Under the pieces are notes generated by a model. The model was not told the DNA's origin, did not search any database, and saw nothing but the letters and a program-made list of their open reading frames with translations. This document shows positions 58,428 through 64,000 of a stretch of DNA of 64,000 nt, in pieces; within the stretch, counting starts at the first letter, position 1; every line of letters begins with the position of its first letter. The position numbers and the translations under genes are program-made. The stretch covers positions 12,772,001 to 12,836,000 of the forward strand of contig OX597831.1 in NCBI GenBank assembly GCA_951406725.2. Reading direction: 5' to 3'. The DNA is from Octopus vulgaris (Eukaryota).

Positions 58428-58743
58428 GAGCACTTCATTGGTCACGACGACAAGAGTTCCAGTTGATCCGATCAACAGAACAGCCTTCTTGTGGAATTAA
58501 CGTGCAAGTGGCTGAGTACTCCACAGACACACGTACCCCTTTACATACTTCTCGTGAAGATTCAGCATGACATAAGATGTGTCAAGGCTGACCCTTTGAA
58601 ATACAGGTACAACTTATTTTTGCCAGCTGAGCAACATGAAATAAAGTGTCTTGCTCAAGGACACAATGCATCACCAGGAATTGAACTCACAACCTTACGA
58701 TCGTGAGTCGAATGCCCTAACCACAAAGCCACGCACCTTCACC
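58428..58743 (-). mobile_element. tRNA-derived SINE (family D-like head)
   Basis: Minus GAAGGTGCGTGGCTTTGTGGTTAGGGCATTCGACTC...GTGAGTTCAATTCC; related to about 20-290. Confidence 0.65.
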
Positions 58744-60130
58744 GTGTGTGTATATACATAGGTATGGTGATGCAGACAGGAAAAATAGAAGTGCAAATAG
58801 TAGGAGTGTACAGTTTTATTAATATTTATCAGAAGCAATGGAGTGACACAAGGGACAAGAGTTTTCCGTGCAGTGGCACAACACACAAGGCTCTTGGCTC
58901 TTAAGTCATGCTATTGCTTCTGCTGATAGGGGGAGGGGAGGAGGCAGAGAGGGGGAGAGGGGGGAGAAGGAGGGGACAGAGGGGATAGAGAGGAGTGACG
59001 GAGAGAGAGGGGGGAAAGAGAGACAGGCAGAGAGGGGGAGATAGAGAGAGGAGAAAGGGGAGAGAGGGGATAGAGAGGAGTGAGAGGGGGAAAGAGAGAG
59101 AGAGAGTGAGAGAGAGAGGCAGAGAGGGGGAGATAGAGAGAGGAGGCAGAAGGATAGAGAGGGGAGAGAGGGGGAACAGAGAGAGAGAGTGAAAGAGAGA
59201 GAATAAACAATGAAATATGTTTGTGTGTATGTGAAGACTCCTATCTAAGCATAGACACAATTCTCAGGATGTTTTTGCTCTTCTCATTCGAGAGAAAGAT
59301 ATTCCACTTGACCGTTTAATCTACTGCATACATTATGCATTCAGTTCAGAAATGACAACCACCCCTCCACAAAAACAAAAAAAAAAAACTGCCAAAAACC
59401 ATTTATAATAATCACTTTACACGCACCTAACAACAAATATGAAAAGTTAAAACATCTACATCGCAACACATTTAATAGTTTGTTAGAGAGAACAGGATAT
59501 CCAATTAGAAATATAAACCATTTCATATTCCCGGTAGCACCACCACACACATACATAATGTGTTTCACGTGTAATACCAATCAGTACCCAGCACCCACAG
59601 GAAGAAATGTTCAGAACTCAGATTTACTCTCTTCAAACACACTACAACCCTCTCCACCGACCAAGTTTTCAAATGTTCTTTCTGTTTAACTAAGAAAAAC
59701 GAAAGATTACAACATAATTGCTCAAGGGCCCTCAATATTGTGCATTCAAGAAATTCGAGGATTTGATGTAATTAAAATGTAATTATATCTTTTAACCTTA
59801 TTTAATGGCAAGTAGATTGTAATTCCTTAGACTGTTAACCTTTACTTTATATAATGAAAACATCATAACTGTTTCCATGTGCACTTTTCCATTCTATGCT
59901 TGCATGGGTCAGAGGAAATTTATTCATACAGTTTCCTATGGTTAAATGTTCTTTCTGTTGCCTCACATGAATCCAAGCAACGTAGCATCTCCTCTCATCC
60001 TTTGAACTCTGCAGACAAACAACACTGCAGTTTTAATTGCTAATGTTTATTTAAACACACATGCCAGCGCCACCTTGGCTGGCTTCCGTGCCGGTGGCAC
60101 GTAAAAAGCACCAATCCGATTGTGGCCATT

Positions 60131-60486
60131 GTGTGCACAGTCTGTGACAGACCAGGCCTGTTTTTTACTGGCATCAAATTTCTTCTGCAAACGCATGGAA
60201 AACGAACCTCCACCAACTATTCTGCCAATATATGTCTGTGCACACCTTTGAATGCAGTGTATGCCAGAAGGTTTGCAAATCCAACAGTGGCCTCAAAAGA
60301 CATTTTAAGATCCACAAAGAGCAGAACTTATCTGCACCACTTGGTGGTCCAAATCGGAGGTGCAATCTATATGGGTGTCTTTTCAGAACATTGTCTGCTT
60401 TAAGAAGCCGCATCAGATGCCATGATGGTTCTAAAGTGTAGGTACAGGAGGGGGTCAAACTCTGCGTAAGGAGTACACAACCACCA
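60131..60486 (+). pseudogene. C2H2 zinc-finger remnant, probably the 3' end of an RTE-type LINE
   Basis: CSVCQKVCKSNSGLKRHFKIH intact plus two degenerate fingers; frameshifted, no TGEKP linkers; short 3'UTR then (TA)n. Confidence 0.55.
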
Positions 60487-60677
60487 TATATATATATAGA
60501 GTAATTCAACCATGAATTTGCATGTTTTTTTTGTATTGCTGTACGAAACGATTGTCTGCATTAATTAAAATTCTCTGATATATTTTAGCAGCTTCTCCAT
60601 TTTTAACAAAACTGTTGAGTTTTATGGGATTTCTTTCCATAAATTAACAACACATCAGATACAAGTATATATATATA

Positions 60678-61080
60678 GTGGTTGTGTGGTAAGTAGCTTG
60701 CTTACAAACTACATGGTTCCGGGTTCAGTCCCACTGTGTGGCACCTTGGGCAAGTGTCTTCTACTATAGCTTCGGGCCAACCAAAGCATTGCAAGTGGAT
60801 TTGGTAGATGGAAACTGAAAGAAGCCCGTCATATATATATATAAATATATATGTATGTGTGTATATGTTTGTGTGTCTGTGCTTGTCGCCCCAACATTGC
60901 TTGACAACTGATGCTGGTGTGATCATGTCCCCGTAACTTAGTGGTTCGGCAAATGTGACTGATAGAATAAGCACTAGGCTTACAAAGAATAAGTCCTGGG
61001 GTTGATGTGCTCAACTAAAGATGGTGCTCTAACATGGCCACAGTCAAATGACTGAAACAAGTAAGAGAGTAAAAGAGCAA
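60678..61080 (+). mobile_element. SINE family A, full length
   Basis: Family A head, body and tail. Confidence 0.8.
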
Positions 61081-61611
61081 AGAGTATATATATATATATA
61101 AACAATTGCAGTGTGGAAGGTGTTCTGTGCAGCACGGAATTTTGTCAATGAACAGGTCGTGGTCTCAAAACGACAAAAATATTTTGGCAAATTAAATTTA
61201 AATGTTGAAGTGAATCTAACGGCTTTTGTGTGCTTCTTAAATGGCTTATAAACACCTTCCACACAGCAATTGTTTTTTTGTTCCAGCACACGATCTCAGA
61301 TCAGGTCACTTGCTATGCAAGTACATCTCCGTAATATATATATATATATATGATGCTTGTGAAGACCTGTGAAGCCAAGTGAAATTCTTTTCTCAGATAT
61401 TCCTGGGAATTGATGGAGCTGCTGCTATAATAGGGATAACTGAGGAAGGAATTTAATTCTGAAATATATTCAGACTGTGGATGGTTAAATTACAACAGGT
61501 ATATAGCCCATTGTCTGTATTATAGTGCTTTGTTGTACCATTCAAAACATTTTATTCTTTACAAACAATACACAACGCTTCAAGCAAACTACAATACTCT
61601 CCTATATAATA

Positions 61612-61651
<40 letters not shown>

Positions 61652-61661
<10 letters not shown>

Positions 61662-62172
61662 TAAATTAGAGATAAAACCACTATTAGGCAAATCAAACAA
61701 TGAAAAACATAAGCCAATACATAAAATTAATTAATTTATATTATTTTAAATATATATTATTTTAAATATATATCAAAAGTATTAAAAGTTTAATAAAAGA
61801 TAAAGAGTAAAACACTACGATCGTTTCATGGTTGTACAATGAGTTCATTGCTAAACCTCGCTAAGATAAATATTTCAATTACCTGAAGATTGACTGTAAC
61901 CATAACTCGAATTATTACAAATTGTACAGCCATGAAACGATCGTAGTGTTTTACTCTTTATCTTTTATTAAACTTTTAATACTTTTGATATATATTTAAA
62001 ATAATATATATTAATTAATTTTATGTATTGGCTTATGTTTTTCATTGTTTGATTTGCCTATTTGTGGTTTTATCTCTAATTTAATATAATATAATATTTT
62101 ACTATAAAATTGGATTTAATCCTAAATCTGATTTTTCCCTGTAAGTTTGGATTTATTCCCTAATATTTTATT
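61652..62172 (+). mobile_element. Penelope-like terminal module with about 175-bp inverted arms
   Basis: 61652-61840 is the reverse complement of 61921-62093; (TA)n flanks. Confidence 0.7.
61878..61950 (+). ncRNA. Minimal type I hammerhead ribozyme, GUA site
   Basis: TAC-CTGAAGA-TTGACTGTA...TACAGCCAT-GAAA-CGATCG-TA-GTG. Confidence 0.6.
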
Positions 62173-63320
62173 ATATATATATATATATTTGTGCTTGTGT
62201 GACTGTGTACAAGAGATATGGGCAGTGTATTTGTGAGTGTAAGAGTGTTTGGTGAGATTAACAGTGTGTGTGTGTGTGAGAGAGACAGTGTCTGGTGTAG
62301 GTTGATAGACTACCACACATTTTGTGTCTAACAAGAGCACTCACAGGACATTAATTAGCCCAACACTACAAGAGAAGAAAATACTTGCTCAAGGTGCTAT
62401 GTTGCGAGAGAGAACTCAAGACCATGTGGAAACAAGGTAAACTCTCAATCTTTGTATCTACACAGCCACATAAGTTTAATAATTCCTTGCTTATAGATTA
62501 ATGAAAACTAATCTAGAACAGGATAAATATTTTGACTTTTTGTTTCTCCTTTAGTTTTCTGGCTTAATATTTTCACCCTCCACTTATACCGCGAATATTT
62601 CTTTCAGATGTATGTCTTCGGCAAAATGAAATCTAACATTTAAGAAGCTTAGCTTGTAAAAAGAAATAATAAATTTCCTTAAAAATAATCTCTGTTTGTA
62701 TTTGGTTTTCCTACTCAAGAAATGGCACAGATTGACTTACAGCATCTGCTGACAGTATCATTACCGTTTCAAAAGTCAAAAGAGCAACACATTAAGTTGT
62801 ATTATACAACTATTTAGCTTCTGTCGCACAAGTTTGCAGGAAGAAGGAATAAGAAGTTAAAAATAAGCATTGACAAGTATTCAGAAATGTAATATAAATA
62901 GTCTGAGAACAGCAATAACAACAACTACAACGATAAAAAGAATGATAATGATAATAATGACGATTGCTTTCCAACATGTCCCGCACAGTTCATCAACAAT
63001 TCGCACAATGCAAATTCTAAGCAGATACCACCCACTAATATTATACAAGTGATACAGTATTTATTCTATGCAATCATCAGCCGATGTTACAATACAAAGC
63101 ACCAATCACACAGCATGCAGGAATAAGAATCACCACCCAGAAAGTGAAAAGGAATATATATATATAGGATTAATATATATATAGGATTAATATATATATA
63201 TATGTATATATAGAAATACAAATATATATATATATGATATATATATAGGATTAATATATATATATATATATATATAGAAATACAAATATATATATATATA
63301 TAATATATATATAGGATTAA

Positions 63321-63348
63321 TCTTTATATATATAAAACTGAGAATGTG

Positions 63349-63419
<71 letters not shown>

Positions 63420-64000
63420 GTGTTTCCCTAAAACTTGAGAACTACACAACCAATTTCATTCAAATTTTACACATGCCTTACTTAGGGTCCGAGGAGTGTC
63501 ATCGGCAAAAACAATTTTGAACTTTTTGCCTAGGGTGAGCCCACAGCAATATCATATCTTGTCCACTACGATTCCCTAAAACTTGAGAACTACACAACCA
63601 ATTTCCATTCAAATTTTACACATGCCTTACTTAGGGTCCATGTAGTTTCATGGGCAAAAAAATGTTCAACTTCTTGCCTAGAACGAGCCCATAGCAATAT
63701 CATATCTTCTCCACTATTTCAGTATTACGTGTTAAAAGTGAAACAAAAACATTTCTCTATTTTATGTCAGATACTTTCACTTTAACAATAAAAATAATAA
63801 TAACAATTGAATTATATGTAGTAAGTAATAATTAAAATCAAACTAAATTAACATAACAAAAGTAAAAATAGCAATTGGTATAAAATTGCATCAATGATTT
63901 GAACTTGAATAAGTGGTTTCACATGAATGGGAATAAATTAAAAAATAAAATTAGCATGCAGAAATGGAATAGTCCAGATGGATAATAAAAAATTAAATTA
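63321..64000 (+). mobile_element. Helitron-like element 5' part with a 148-bp internal duplication
   Basis: A|TCTTTATATATATAAAA..(GTCT)n head like 50308; 63424-63571 repeated at 63572-63716; 3' end not seen. Confidence 0.5.

Noticed and set aside
60232-60441. Functional host C2H2 zinc-finger gene
   Set aside because: Only one intact finger, frameshift, no TGEKP linkers or clear splice sites

Overview
AT-rich, microsatellite-dense animal genomic DNA. The SINE families look like Octopus (cephalopod) repeats, an inference from recalled sequence rather than a search. No complete host gene is evident. Almost all track ORFs are translations of (TA)n/(CA)n/(GA)n/(TAA)n repeats or SINE bodies. The one long real ORF (13876-16275, +) is a 5'-truncated R4/Dong-clade non-LTR retrotransposon (RT + CCHC + PD-(D/E)xK endonuclease) inside a (TAA)n array. 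Also present: dozens of SINE copies from about four families, CR1 and RTE LINE remnants, Helitron-like, piggyBac-like, hAT and mariner non-autonomous elements, a 38-bp minisatellite grown inside a SINE, an 18-bp tandem array, and two candidate small exons. The main signal not visible in the ORF track is a dense set of 10-16 sequence-diverse minimal type I hammerhead ribozyme motifs (CUGAnGA...GAAA, palindromic stem III). Most lie in short Penelope-like/retrozyme-like modules bounded by (TA)n. One carries a Penelope endonuclease C-terminus and another forms a 558-bp partial tandem with an inverted end. All coordinates and folds were read by eye.
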